Of a stretch of DNA of 64,000 bases, positions 23,967 to 35,789 are shown piece after piece. Both the position numbers and the translations under genes were made by a program. The stretch comes from Hamiltosporidium tvaerminnensis FI-OER-3-3 (taxonomy: Eukaryota; Fungi; Microsporidia), in NCBI GenBank assembly GCA_022605425.2, contig CM061255.1, positions 310,001-374,000 on the forward strand, in the 5' to 3' direction. A model generated the notes under the pieces. It made no database searches and was not told the origin of the DNA. It saw nothing but the letters and a program-made list of their open reading frames with translations. Each line of letters begins with the position of its first letter. Positions within the stretch are counted from its first letter, which is position 1.

Positions 23967-25124
23967 TTATTTTGAAAAAGCAGTAAATTTATCAATTATT
24001 TCATCTGTTAAATTTTCTCTTGCTTTTCTGTAATTTGATATGAACTTTTGTAAAAGTTGAATACATTTTTTTTTCATTTCTCCAGTAGAAATACTTCCAT
24101 CAAGGTAACCTGTTCTGTATTTTTCTAATTCTTCGTCATTTTCTTCAAAATATTTTAAATAATGAAAAGGAACATCAACATCAATATTTCCACCATATTT
24201 TCTATGCTCTTCTAACGTATCCTTTCCCCCTGAAAATGCATATTTATTGATTTTATTTTTTATAACCGAATCGGAATCCGTTAGATATATCGAACTCTTA
24301 GTATCACTTGCTGACATTTTGGTATTCAATCCTTTTAAATCAGGAAGGAATCCTGAATAAAGAGTTGCTGGTTTAGGCTCTTTTAATATACCAGCTTTGT
24401 CTCTGGCTAATCTAAAATAAGGATCTTGATCTATTGCAGCCGGTATAAGACACATCATATTTTTTTCCAAAAAATCAAATGAAGAAGAGAAACAGGGTGC
24501 TATTTCTTTAGAAGGGAACTCTATCTGACCAATATTAGAGGTAGAATCAAATCCAAACACCTTTGTAGCCTCATTGAGATTAATATGCTTAGAAATTCGT
24601 AACGAATTTTTAATAAATTTATATGAATATTCTATATTTGAAAAAATAAAAGTTTTTTGTGGATTAAATCCAAATGCGATAATATCTTTCATATTTTCCT
24701 TTCCGAATTTAATTGAATCTTCTAATGATAAATCCTTCCATAAATATTTTTCATCATCTGTTATTTGAATTACAAGATGTACATCAAATATGTCTTGAAG
24801 ATATTTACAAAAAAGAAATGGAACAGCGTGTCCTAGATGCATACTTTGACTGCTAGGACCTCTACCTGTGTAAAGATAAAATTTTTTGTTCGTTTCAACC
24901 AAATCCAATATTTTATTAAAATCTCGATGTGCAAAAACCAACAAACGTCTCAATAAATGATGAACAGGTTTCTTAATAATTTTTTCTATTCTTTTAAGAA
25001 TAGCTTCGTCAATTTTTTGACATCCAAAATTTTTAATTATTTTTTCGTAGTCAACTGCCATGTTTTTTCCTTCAACGATTTCACCTGTCACTTCCCATGG
25101 TGTTATTTTTTGTTCTGAATCCAT
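23967..25124 (-). CDS. WRS1: Tryptophanyl-tRNA synthetase, cytoplasmic type
   Basis: ITPWEV, YTGRGPSSQSMHLGH (HIGH), QITDDEK, AIDQDPYFRLARD, KMSAS (KMSKS) and KINKYAFSGG motifs. CCCC precedes the ATG. Confidence 0.97.
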   Translation of the reverse strand: MDSEQKITPWEVTGEIVEGKNMAVDYEKIIKNFGCQKIDEAILKRIEKIIKKPVHHLLRRLLVFAHRDFNKILDLVETNKKFYLYTGRGPSSQSMHLGHAVPFLFCKYLQDIFDVHLVIQITDDEKYLWKDLSLEDSIKFGKENMKDIIAFGFNPQKTFIFSNIEYSYKFIKNSLRISKHINLNEATKVFGFDSTSNIGQIEFPSKEIAPCFSSSFDFLEKNMMCLIPAAIDQDPYFRLARDKAGILKEPKPATLYSGFLPDLKGLNTKMSASDTKSSIYLTDSDSVIKNKINKYAFSGGKDTLEEHRKYGGNIDVDVPFHYLKYFEENDEELEKYRTGYLDGSISTGEMKKKCIQLLQKFISNYRKARENLTDEIIDKFTAFSK

Positions 25125-25839
25125 GGGGTGAAAAGTTCAATAATTATTTTATTTTAATATAAAATTCGAATAATGTAACCTCAAAGTTTGGAGTAAAACC
25201 GATAATTGTTTAATAAAAAATGTATAAAATCTTAAGAATGTACCACATATAAACCTCTTTATATTTGAAGTTTACGTTTTTAAGATTAATAGGATTTCAT
25301 AAATCTGCTCTTAAATTTATAGTATAGCAGCAAAGATACAATTTTTGCTTCAAATCACTGAATAACTTTTTATAGATATTAGAATACAAAAAACAAAATC
25401 ATGAAAATCTATAAACTATAATCAGAAATTTTTAATGGTAGACAATAAATAGCACAAATATACAATTTTATATCCAATCTAAACAATTTTACGCTGTTTT
25501 AAAGATTTAAATTACGAAGTTGATTTGAAATTATATTGTATTTTTCTAATCTTTTAAAGCAGTACCCTCGTTTATTTTTTAAACTAACTATATTAGGTCA
25601 TTCGATTTCGAACGGGTTTCTTACAATTATATTAATTGAATCAAGTTTTTAGAAAGTATTGTTAAATCATTAAATGTGTAGGATTAGAAAATTTTAAATT
25701 CCAAGTGATGTAATCCTTTTTTTAAAACTTAAACATCATACTGCCATGATATTACTTGAACAATTTAAAAGTAATTTAATATTAACAGACTAATTTTTTA
25801 ATAAACTTTTATTCAAAAATAGCAGATATTTTTAAAAAA

Positions 25840-26520
25840 CAGTGACAAATGTTAGATTGTTTTCATGGCATTTACGCAGTTCTAAATTTAGATAAATAAC
25901 TGCTAAAATATCACACTGTCGGTACATCCTACGATACTTATATCTCAAACCTTTTCATCTAAAAGATGTGTAGAACCTAATTAATATGCGAGGCAGTTCC
26001 ACAGTTCGTTCATGTTCGTTTCATGGAGTGTTACCTAGGTTGAAATCAACCCTGAGCTTCCCAAGACTATGCAGAATTTCATCTTCTTACAATTTCCGAA
26101 CCCAAAAAATTTCTAGCTAAGATATATTTCAGAGACTTACATCTGACCACCTAGAAAGTGTAATGTCATACCAACAGATATTATCGCTACTTAACTCTTG
26201 GCATCAAATAATTTTAATTTTATACCTCCCAGACCTTAAGTATTCTAATCCGGATAAGTCTAGTATCTCTTGCTTTTCGATGAAATTACATACAAGCATA
26301 AGCTTGAGTTCTAACTTAGTTACATAAAAAACTGCAAAATAAATTTGTAAAAAAGGGTTCAAGATTATTAGATTTCCTCTTTCTCTTAATAACTCTGATG
26401 AACCAACCGAAAATTTAGTGTGGCTTTATTACCACCAAAAACCCAAACAATCATTTCATATATTAAATCATCTGTTTTTTTCCAAGCAGAAAGTTTTTTT
26501 TTCGGTTATTATCCTTCTCC
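25840..26520 (-). mobile_element. Family L SINE-like element, old diverged copy E
   Basis: Blocks TTTTCATG.CATT.ACGCAGTTCTA, TGTGTAGAACCTAATTAAT, CTAGCTAAGATATATTTCAGAGA and CCAAGCAGAAAGTTTTT are colinear with copy C. Confidence 0.78.
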
Positions 26521-28770
26521 TAAGTTTTTAATAAAAAAACATATTTTTTACAGAAAGATTTCTGTTTTTACATTCTGTAAATAAATTCTTAGGGATTAAG
26601 TTAAAGAAAACGATCTTTATTCAAAGAATCATAATTTTTTTTTATACTTATAAATAACAATAGCGTATTTTCATTTTATTATATGTGAATTCACCCCTTA
26701 AGTCTCTTATTTTGATCTTATATACGAGTCTTCAGTGTATTTCGATAAGATATTCAATACCATATGTTTTATAGATGACCTCTTTTTTTGTTAGTTATGC
26801 TTTTTATATTGAATAAATTAAAAAAAAATATATTATATTTTTTTAGTTTTTGTAAAAGTATGCCAGTTCGGTCACCGTGAGAAAAACAGCGGAGAATTAA
26901 TAATCTAGACCCGTGAAAAATAATTTCAAAAGGAATATATTTAGTAAAATTACCAGATATGTATCGGAAAGTAAGAGAAGACGAGGTTAACATCGAAAAA
27001 GATGTCTAAATAATATGGTAAAGTATCTAATAACTCATTGTGTGGCAAAGGGGAAATACAACGCGCAGTAGGGAAAAACGAAGAATAAATTTAAACAAAA
27101 CTTAGTTCTTCAAGATCCTAAAGTGCTGCGTTTTTTAGTAAAAAATATGCCACGTTCGCACTAAGAATAACATAACTGAAACTTCATATGAATATTAGTT
27201 GAATACTATTATGATTTTATATGTGTAACATCATCTATGTAAATTCAAAACCATTGCTTGCACCGCAGTTGATTCTTATTTAATACTTTGAATAAATATT
27301 TTAACTTATATAATTGCTAAAGAAACCAGAAGAACTCTAGTTAGAAATTTAGATTACCCTACTTTAATTGATTATAATAGTTTTATATAAAAACATTAGA
27401 GATATATTTGATTACAACTGTTTTGAATTAAATAGACAAATATGTTTTAAACGCTTAAATAAAATAATTTTTGTTACTAATCCTATTTCAAAATGGAATA
27501 ATTTTTTTATCAGACATTTGATTGTCTTGTAGTTACATTAACTCTATATCTTTACCGTAATATGATGGAGGCTAAAATACATTTTAAAACCCTCAAAATT
27601 TAATCTAGTATATTCTACAGCAAAGTATCTCAAAATGAAATTTTATTTTCAATTATTTTACGCACGATATTTTCTTGCAATTCAGAAGATCTTTAATTAG
27701 ATCGTAAAATATATGTTTTATAAATAAATTCCAATTTATTTATTCAAAAAGTAATTAATATCATAAGAAATTTTTCTTAACCATTAGTTTAACCATTTTA
27801 TAAGATAATGTATAGGTTCTTATTCTTGTTATATTTACACATTAGATCTTTAGAACTCCGGAAAATTATAAAAATATAAGTGATACGATATCATTCGTGT
27901 TCAATGAAAGTTTGAATATATTGTTTAAAAAATAAAGCCATCTAAAATTGTATTTATTTGCCATCCGCCAACTTTTAGTAATAAATAATTCATTAATGGA
28001 TATTTTTATTCCTAAAAAGAATATCTCGCAAGTTTTTTTAATTTTGTTAGAACTTAAAGACTTCAATCTTCCAAGGCTCATACAATATATATGTATGTTT
28101 ACTGTTTAAAATAAATACAATCTTTATTTATTAACATTCTTGATGATATTAGACATTTCCATTCCATTGACTGCAAACTCTGAAGTATTGATTAAAATAT
28201 ACGTAAATGAAAATTTTAATACCACTGTAGAAAATATTTGAACTTGATAGATTTAAAAACTTTAATTAACTAAATTTTTTTTTCAAAAGTATGTATCTAA
28301 AATTTAAATTTTTTCTTTTAATACTTTTACACATTATTTTTGTCTTCTAAACCCGACTCACCTTCTATGTTTTTTCAAAGGATTTTTTCGAATGGTCACT
28401 GCAGTTAAAACCAACGTTAAGCTATTTTACCTATTTCCCAAAATCTTCTTTGTTTCTTGGTTCTCAGGAATGAAATATTGGTTTTTAATGTCTTTAAAGT
28501 ACATGCATAAGCTTCATTTATGTTTCATCTTAGCACTTTAATAATTTAAACTAATATAAGACATACGTATCGATCAAAATAAATTATTTCGACGTTCTTT
28601 AAATAATATAGTGATTATTTTTATGTATTATATTTATGGGTAATTAAGCTTTAAGATTTATCTAATAATATTTTGCTCAGGCTGTCGCAAATTTTCGGAT
28701 AAGAAATTATCGAACTCCAAACCTATAAATAAGATTTATTTGATCAAAATACTCCTTACTTCTTTAGTTT

Positions 28771-29120
28771 ATTTTTAGTTCGAACTATTTAAAGTACAAA
28801 TGTTTATATTATTTTTAGTTCGAACTATTTAAAGTACAAATGTTTATATTATTTTAGTTCGAACTATTTAAAGTACAAATGTTTATATTATTTTTAGTTC
28901 GAACTATTTAAAGTACAAATGTTTATATTATTTTTAGTTCGAACTATTTAAAGTACAAATGTTTATATTATTTTTAGTTCGAACTATTTAAAGTACAAAT
29001 GTTTATATTATTTTTAGTTCGAACTATTTAAAGTACAAATGTTTATATTATTTTTAGTTCGAACTATTTAAAGTACAAATGTTTATATTATTTTAGTTCG
29101 AACTATTTAAAGTACAAATT
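28771..29120. repeat. 40-bp minisatellite, ~9 near-identical copies, each with the 12-bp palindrome TAGTTCGAACTA
   Basis: Unit ATTTTTAGTTCGAACTATTTAAAGTACAAATGTTTATATT; two units are 1 T shorter; no spacers. Confidence 0.97.
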
Positions 29121-31835
29121 TTTCATAATTCTTTTACTTTAAAAAGTGAAATTTTATTTTTGCTCGATCTAAAATAAATTTATAAGATTCATTGTTCTAC
29201 AGGTTAACATAAACTTGTTTCTTGATATCCAATTTTAATCCACACACTTATGTATCGAGAAATTCTCGAACCGAGTGATTCCCAATTTATTTTTTAAGAC
29301 CGGAACTTCTTTACATTCCAGAATAATAAGTATAGACTTCTAAAAACTGCCTTATGCAGTCATATTTATTCATCTTTAAGCAATTTTGCATATACTTGCT
29401 AAATGCTATATTTTTTTACTTTGCTGATTATCGTAATGATATTTTCCTTCGCACTTCTAATAAAGTTCTACCTTTAATTTTTACATCATTGGAACTGATT
29501 CAAATCTGTTTTATTTGTGTAAATTAATTCTAAAAAAATAGTGATTAAATTTTTGTGGCAATCCTAATGTATAACCTTTACAAAAAAATTATATCAAATT
29601 TAATCTATCATAAACATCATGAGCTTGTATTATCTTCATTTGAAAAAACTATAACAATCAGCCTAGTTTAGAATATTTCTAGTTTAGAAATAAAGTAATA
29701 TTTGCCAAAATTGTGATTGTAATCGATTAGAAGAAGAAATAATGGTTGTTAAAGAGGTAGAAGGAAATTTATAAACATCTACAAAAATTTTAACCAGAAT
29801 TTATTAAATAAAGAAAATTGTAATTGATTATTTGTTGTAAATTTAGAAGATTGCTGATTCTGTATTAGGCGTGAAAACATAATATAAAAACATAGCAGTA
29901 AATTAAAAATGCGTTGCTTTTACACTTAACTTATAAAAAATTTACACAAATAAATTTCACTAATGTTCATAGCAATGGTTACTCTATAAACAACCTAAAA
30001 TAAATTTATTTTTTTGAATCTTTGAATTAATAGTATTAAGCAATTGCATTTTTTAAATTGATATAAAAGCATTGGTGTATTTAGTCAACGTGATCACACC
30101 GATTTTATATTATACTCTTGTATGACATACTTATTACAATCTTTTATCTAAAAAAATCTATGTAAAGATAGTTCTTTATAGAGTTAGGTTTTATATTCTA
30201 ATCAAGTAACAATAATATCTAGTATAAACAAAAAGATTGAAACGGCAGTATAAATATCGATTTGCATGCACCAAAGAAAGTAAAAAATTTAATAATTTTA
30301 AACAAATCGAAACCAAATATATAATATTCTTTCGAACAATTTATTATAAAGTTTTAGAGTTATATGCTTTGAAAAGATCAAAATAGAAATAATCTGATAA
30401 TAAAAAAACAAATTAAAAATTTCAAATCTAACTAGAAGCCTTTCCGAAAATGTAAAGGTGACCTTCGATAATAAATTCAAAAGAATAGAAAAAGTTAGTC
30501 ACAGAAGAAAAAATATTAGAGATAAACAGAAATAAAATCAACATATTCGCCTATAATGTATCATTTGGTTTTCGTATTTTCCAAAACCATAAAATATAAA
30601 TATATATATTCAAAGCAATAAAAAAAACGCATTTGTTTTAATATTAGAAAAATGAATTGTATAAGAAGTAAAAGTTTGTTTGAAAGCTAACGTAACGAGA
30701 GTAAAAGTACCAATTAAATGTTTAAAAGATATTTTACAAAAAAGATTTCTTCAATATTGAAAATTTTAAGGTAGTTTATTTTTTATGATGTAAAAACAAT
30801 AGCAATTTTAATGAATTTCTTAAAATTATTTGTAGAAACAGTGTTTAAAGGTTTCTAGAATAGACCCTAGGAAGATGTTAGAAACTGTATTAATATAGCA
30901 ATATAGATCTTAATTATTTAAGCGACTAAAATCAATGCAAATGCCGAAATTTGAACAAGATCATTATATTGTTTAGAAAAAAACATTTTTTTAATATTTA
31001 TGATATATCAATATCATTCTAAATAAATTTGATTAAAAAAAGATCTTTTGATATTTTTGACATGATAAAATACTTTTTTAATTTATAAAAAAATTCTTAA
31101 CCGTTGTATGTTCGAAGGAAAAACCTGGAAATAGAAAAACAATTTTTTTAAATAGAACATCTTCTTGGAGTTAAATATTAACGAATGTGATATTTATATA
31201 CACAAAGAAAAATTTGATGTTTAGTATTTTTTCTTTTTTAGATATATGATTCGTTAGTAGAGAATGGGTAAGAAAAGAAATTTGAAATAATTTAACATAT
31301 TTAGAATTCTTTATATTAGAAATAAGTTGATTGATTGATTTTATTTTTTATTGGTGTTATATTCTCTAAATATTTTTAAAAAAATTGATTTGGTGTTAAA
31401 ATTACTGTGAAAATTATTTTTTTCGTATATAAAGGATGTTATTTATAGAACTGTTTACCCCAAATCATATGAGAATTAAAATGTCAATAGAAAACACTAA
31501 GAATGAGACAAATCAACCAGAAATTACAATTGCATGTAACCGTAGAAATCAAGTTGATCTAATCAAATTGATCTACAAACGTACTTTCGAATCATTAACT
31601 TAGTTGTTAATTCACGTGATTTAGATCAATGATCAAATCGATATGGTGTTCTAGTTACTTTGACATGTTCAAGTAACAAATTGGTGTTACATATGGTTAC
31701 TGCTCTGATGCAGATTTTGGAGGTTTTCCGTTGTTACTTTGGTTTCTTGTGCTGCTTTATTCATCGGGATTAAGTTATGGACTCAACGAGTCAATTGTGT
31801 GTGATTTGGATGTGACGTGTAATGGTATATTTGTG

Positions 31836-33140
31836 CAACAGGTTGATTCTGCCTGACGAGGATGCTTGTCTCTGGGATTAAGCCATGCAAGTCTGGTGAA
31901 GCGAAAGTGGAACTGCGAACGGCTCAGTAGAACGGTGATTATTTAATCGTGTAGGAAGGATAACCGCGGGAAACTGTGGCTAATAACACGAGTAAGACGC
32001 CGACCCATCAGTTTTATCGTACGGTAAGGGCGTACGATGGCTTTAACGGGTACGGGGGATCAGGGTTTGATTCCGGAGAGGGAGCCTGAGAAACGGCTAC
32101 CAGGTCTAAGGACAGCAGCAGGCGCGAAACTTGCCCAATTGGAGAGAGGCAGTTATGAGACGTATATTTTGTAACCGGGGTAGAATACCGGTGATTGACT
32201 GGAGGGCAAGTCTGGTGCCAGCAGCCGCGGTAATTCCAGCTCCAGGAGTGTCATAGTGCATTGCTGCATTTAAAAGGTCCGTAGTCAGTGTTGACAGGGA
32301 TGCTAGAAGACACTTTCTTCATGGAGTGTATTGGCATTCTAGGTTAGCATGTAGGAGCGGAAGAGGGCGACTGTATTGCGTAGCGAGAGGTGAAAGTTGA
32401 CGACCTACGTAGGACAAACCGAAGCGAAAGCTGTCGTCCAGTACGTTTCCGGTGATCAAGGACGTAAGCCGGAGGAGCAAAGGTGATTAGAGACCCCTGT
32501 AGTTCCGGCCGTAAACTATGCCAACTGGGTGTTACGTAGTGGTACCCACGAGAAATCAAGTATATGGGCTATGGGGATAGTACGATCGCAAGATTGAAAC
32601 TTGAAGAAATTGACGGAAGGACACCACCAGGAGTGGAGTGTGCGGCTTAATTTGACTCAACGCGGGACAACTTACCAGGGCCAGTTGTATGACGAATCTT
32701 TGATGAGTACGACTAAGTGGTGCATGGCCGTTCACAACATGTGAGGTGACTTTTAGGTTTATTGCTGTAATGTGTGAGACCCTCAGCTACGGCGACTGGG
32801 GACTATAAGTTTCAGGAAGGAGGGGGCTATAACAGGTCTGTGATGCCCTTAGATGTTCTGGGCTGCACGCGCACTACAATGTTATTTCTAGAGGTATATT
32901 GTAAAGATAAAGGATAACTCGGTTGGGATTGCGTTCTGTAATGGACGCATGAACCAGGAATTCCTAGTAGTCGCGTGTCACTAACGGGCGACGACTGCGT
33001 CCCTGTTCTTTGTACACACCGCCCGTCGTTATCTAAGATGGTGCTATGTTCGAAGAGGGTTTTCCTTCTGAGGACGTAGGATTAGATTGGATACAAGTCG
33101 TAACAAGGTTGCTGTAGGAGAACCTGCAGCAGGATCAGTG
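31836..33140 (+). rRNA. Small-subunit (16S-like) rRNA, microsporidian type
   Basis: CAGGTTGATTCTGCCTGAC start, GTGCCAGCAGCCGCGGTAAT, GAAATTGACGGAAGG, TGTACACACCGCCCGTC and AAGTCGTAACAAGG...GGATCA end; ~1.3 kb. Confidence 0.98.
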
Positions 33141-33174
33141 ATAGTACTTTTAATGTGTAGTTTTTTCATTTTAA
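33141..33174 (+). other. Single very short ITS (~35 nt)
   Basis: T-rich spacer between the SSU 3' end and the 5.8S-like start ACTCATACAAGGGATCACTTGGCTC. Confidence 0.85.
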
Positions 33175-34847
33175 ACTCATACAAGGGATCACTTGGCTCC
33201 GTATCCGAGGAAGGCCGGAATAGTTTCCGAGAACTAAGGCCGAACGGCATTTGTAAATGCCTGACTACCCCCTGGACTTAAGCATATTATTAAGGGGAGG
33301 AACAAAAACTAACTAGGATTTCTGTAGTAGCGGCGAGCGAACAAGAAATAGCCCCGAATGTAAGCCTCCGGGCATTGTTAAGATCGTCGTAACGAATTAC
33401 CGGGACAGGTAAGCCATAGAGGGTGATAGCCCCGTAGTGACGAGTAATGGGCAGAGTAGGGTTGCTTGGTAATGCAGCCTGAAGAGGTGGTGGGTTCCAT
33501 CTAAGGCTAAATATGAGCGGAGACCGATAGCGTAATAGTACAGCGATGGAAAGGTGAAAAGCTAAAAAGTGCAAAGACGTGAAATTGTATTGAGTATCCT
33601 GATAACAGGACCCGTCTTGAAACACGGACCAAGGAGTGCATCTGCATAGCAAGTTAAAGGGGGGTTTCCTTTAAGCGTAGCGAAAGCAGATATAGCTGTT
33701 CGGATGCGACCCGAAGGGCTGTGAACTACACCTGGCCAGGTTGAAGCCATTCGAAAGGATGGTGGAGGACCTAAACTTGTTCTGACGCGCAAATCGATGG
33801 TTTGAGCTGGGTGTAGGGGCGAAAGACCAATCGAACAGCCGGGTAGCTGGTTCCCATCGAAATGTCTCTCAGGACAGCAGACACAAGTTATTTAGTATTA
33901 TGCGGTAGAGGAACGGCGGGATGAAAGGGGAGCAATCTCCACATACCGACGAACTGCGAACGTGTACGTGTTATTCTTGTACTAAAGAATAGCGATTATA
34001 TATGTGTCTAGTGGGCGCGTTCTGGTAAGCAGGACGTGCGAAGAGGGATCAACCTGACGTACTGATAAGGGGCCTAATCTGGTTTTTCTTAAGGCCGTAG
34101 ATGAATTGTGACAGTAGGGCGGTGGCCATGGAGGTTGGCATCCGGTAAGAAACGTGTTGCAACGTACCTACCGAATTCATGTGCGCCGAAAATGGACGGT
34201 ACAAGGCCAGACCCGATGCAGTACTTATAGGTAGATGGGCGTGGTGTATGTGCAGAAGGTTTACCGTGAGGTAAAGTGGAGCATACACTAGTGCTGATCT
34301 TGGTGGTAGTAGTTACAATTCGTGTGTGAATCGCGAAGGCTTCAGGAGAAGGGTTCTTCTAAGATTTAATAAGGAGAAGGTTAGCCGGTCCTGAGATCTC
34401 GACAGGGAATCGGGTTGATATTCCCGAGCCATCTAGGTATTTGGCAACAGTAAATATGGTGTTTACGTCTTAGGCACGACAACAAGGAGGTACCCATTCC
34501 TTGTAGCAGTACTGTATGTAGCGTGTTGTACAGAGCAATACAGGCATATGCAATTGTCTTAGCTGGGATCCGTGAAAAGATACCTTTATGACCTAGATGA
34601 CCGTACCGACCGCAGCAGGGCTCCGTACGGTGTATACCGGAAGCGATAGGACAAACGTTAGTTAGGGAATTCGGCAAATTAGATCCGTAACCTCGGGAAA
34701 AGGATTAGCTCTAAGGAATTAGAACTTTTAGTTACGGGGAATCCGACTGTTTAATAAAAACATAGCTTTGTGGTGGTGTAGTACGTGGACACAAAGTGAA
34801 TTCTGCCCAGTGCCCAGCTGTTAAGACAGGTCGGGCTGTATACGCAG

Positions 34848-34901
<54 letters not shown>

Positions 34902-34998
34902 CCTAATTAGTGACGCGCACGAAAGGAGCAACGAGATTCCCACTGTCCCGACTAACAACCTGCGAACCCACGAGCCAAGGGAACGGTCTTGGCTATGC

Positions 34999-35035
<37 letters not shown>

Positions 35036-35311
35036 GTGACGCCGGGGTCTTGTGCAGCTGTAGCAAGGTGGGGCAACTGAAAGACCACTAGCTGTGCAAG
35101 CGACCCGTATTTGTCAGATGGGGAGTTTGACTGGGGCGGTACATCTGCTAGACTACAACGCAGATGGCCTAAGGGTGGCTAACTTCGGAGAGAAACCGAG
35201 GGTGTAGTCCAAGGGCAAAAGCCACCCTGACGTATTACTACACGGTAATACGAGGGGAAACCCAGGCCTAGCGATCCCATTGCTTACAGAGCATCTAGCA
35301 ATGGGTGACGT

Positions 35312-35343
<32 letters not shown>

Positions 35344-35447
35344 AGCCGAGCGACCATAGCGACGCTGCTTTTTGATTCTTCGATGTCGGCTCTTCCTATC
35401 ATGGTGCAGCAGAAGGCACCTAGTGTTGGATTGTTCACCCACTAACA

Positions 35448-35485
<38 letters not shown>

Positions 35486-35731
35486 TAGTTTTACACTACT
35501 GCTACGGTACTAAGGGAGCAGATGCTAGTACGAAAGGAACGAATCTGCAGGACCTCTTGTCGTGCCTATATCTGGTAAGGTACGGGCTAAGCAACGTCCT
35601 GGCACGGAAGAGCTGAAGGCCTCTAAGCTTCAACGTGGCCCTACTGTACTATCTAGCATGAAGACGACGTGCTTGGGTGCTGCAGCTGTAATCCACAAGA
35701 TCGCGAGTGGATGAGGCTAGCAAGCACTCAT
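33175..35731 (+). rRNA. Large-subunit rRNA with covalently fused 5.8S (no ITS2)
   Basis: 5.8S motif GGATCACTTGGCTC runs straight into ACCCCCTGGACTTAAGCATAT. Also GACCCGTCTTGAAACACGGACCAAGGAG, CTCTTAAGGTAGCCAAATGCC and the sarcin-ricin loop AGTACGAAAGGAAC. Terminal helix TGGGTGCT (35674-35681) pairs with AGCACTCA (35723-35730). Confidence 0.97.
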
Positions 35732-35789
35732 GACGAGAGATGATCACCACCTCCACGTGGTTCTCGTTGGGTAACGCCAAGAGTGATCA
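35732..35789 (+). ncRNA. Minimal HDV-like self-cleaving ribozyme abutting the LSU 3' end
   Basis: P1 GACGAGA/UCUCGUU with G1-U wobble; P2 UGAUCAC-C/G-(A)-GUGAUCA; P3 ACC/GGU; L3 UCCACGU; P1.1 CC/GG; J4/2 GCCAA with putative catalytic C at 35777; P4 reduced to GUAAC. Confidence 0.88.

Noticed and set aside
28771-29120. CRISPR array
   Set aside because: Repeats are contiguous with no unique spacers, there are no cas genes, and the context is eukaryotic.
32344-34677. Short ORFs called inside the rDNA
   Set aside because: Chance frames in GC-richer rRNA sequence.
34870-34900. R2 insertion at the canonical TTAAGG/TAGCCA LSU site as source of the ribozyme
   Set aside because: The site is intact; the ribozyme lies ~850 nt downstream, outside the rRNA.
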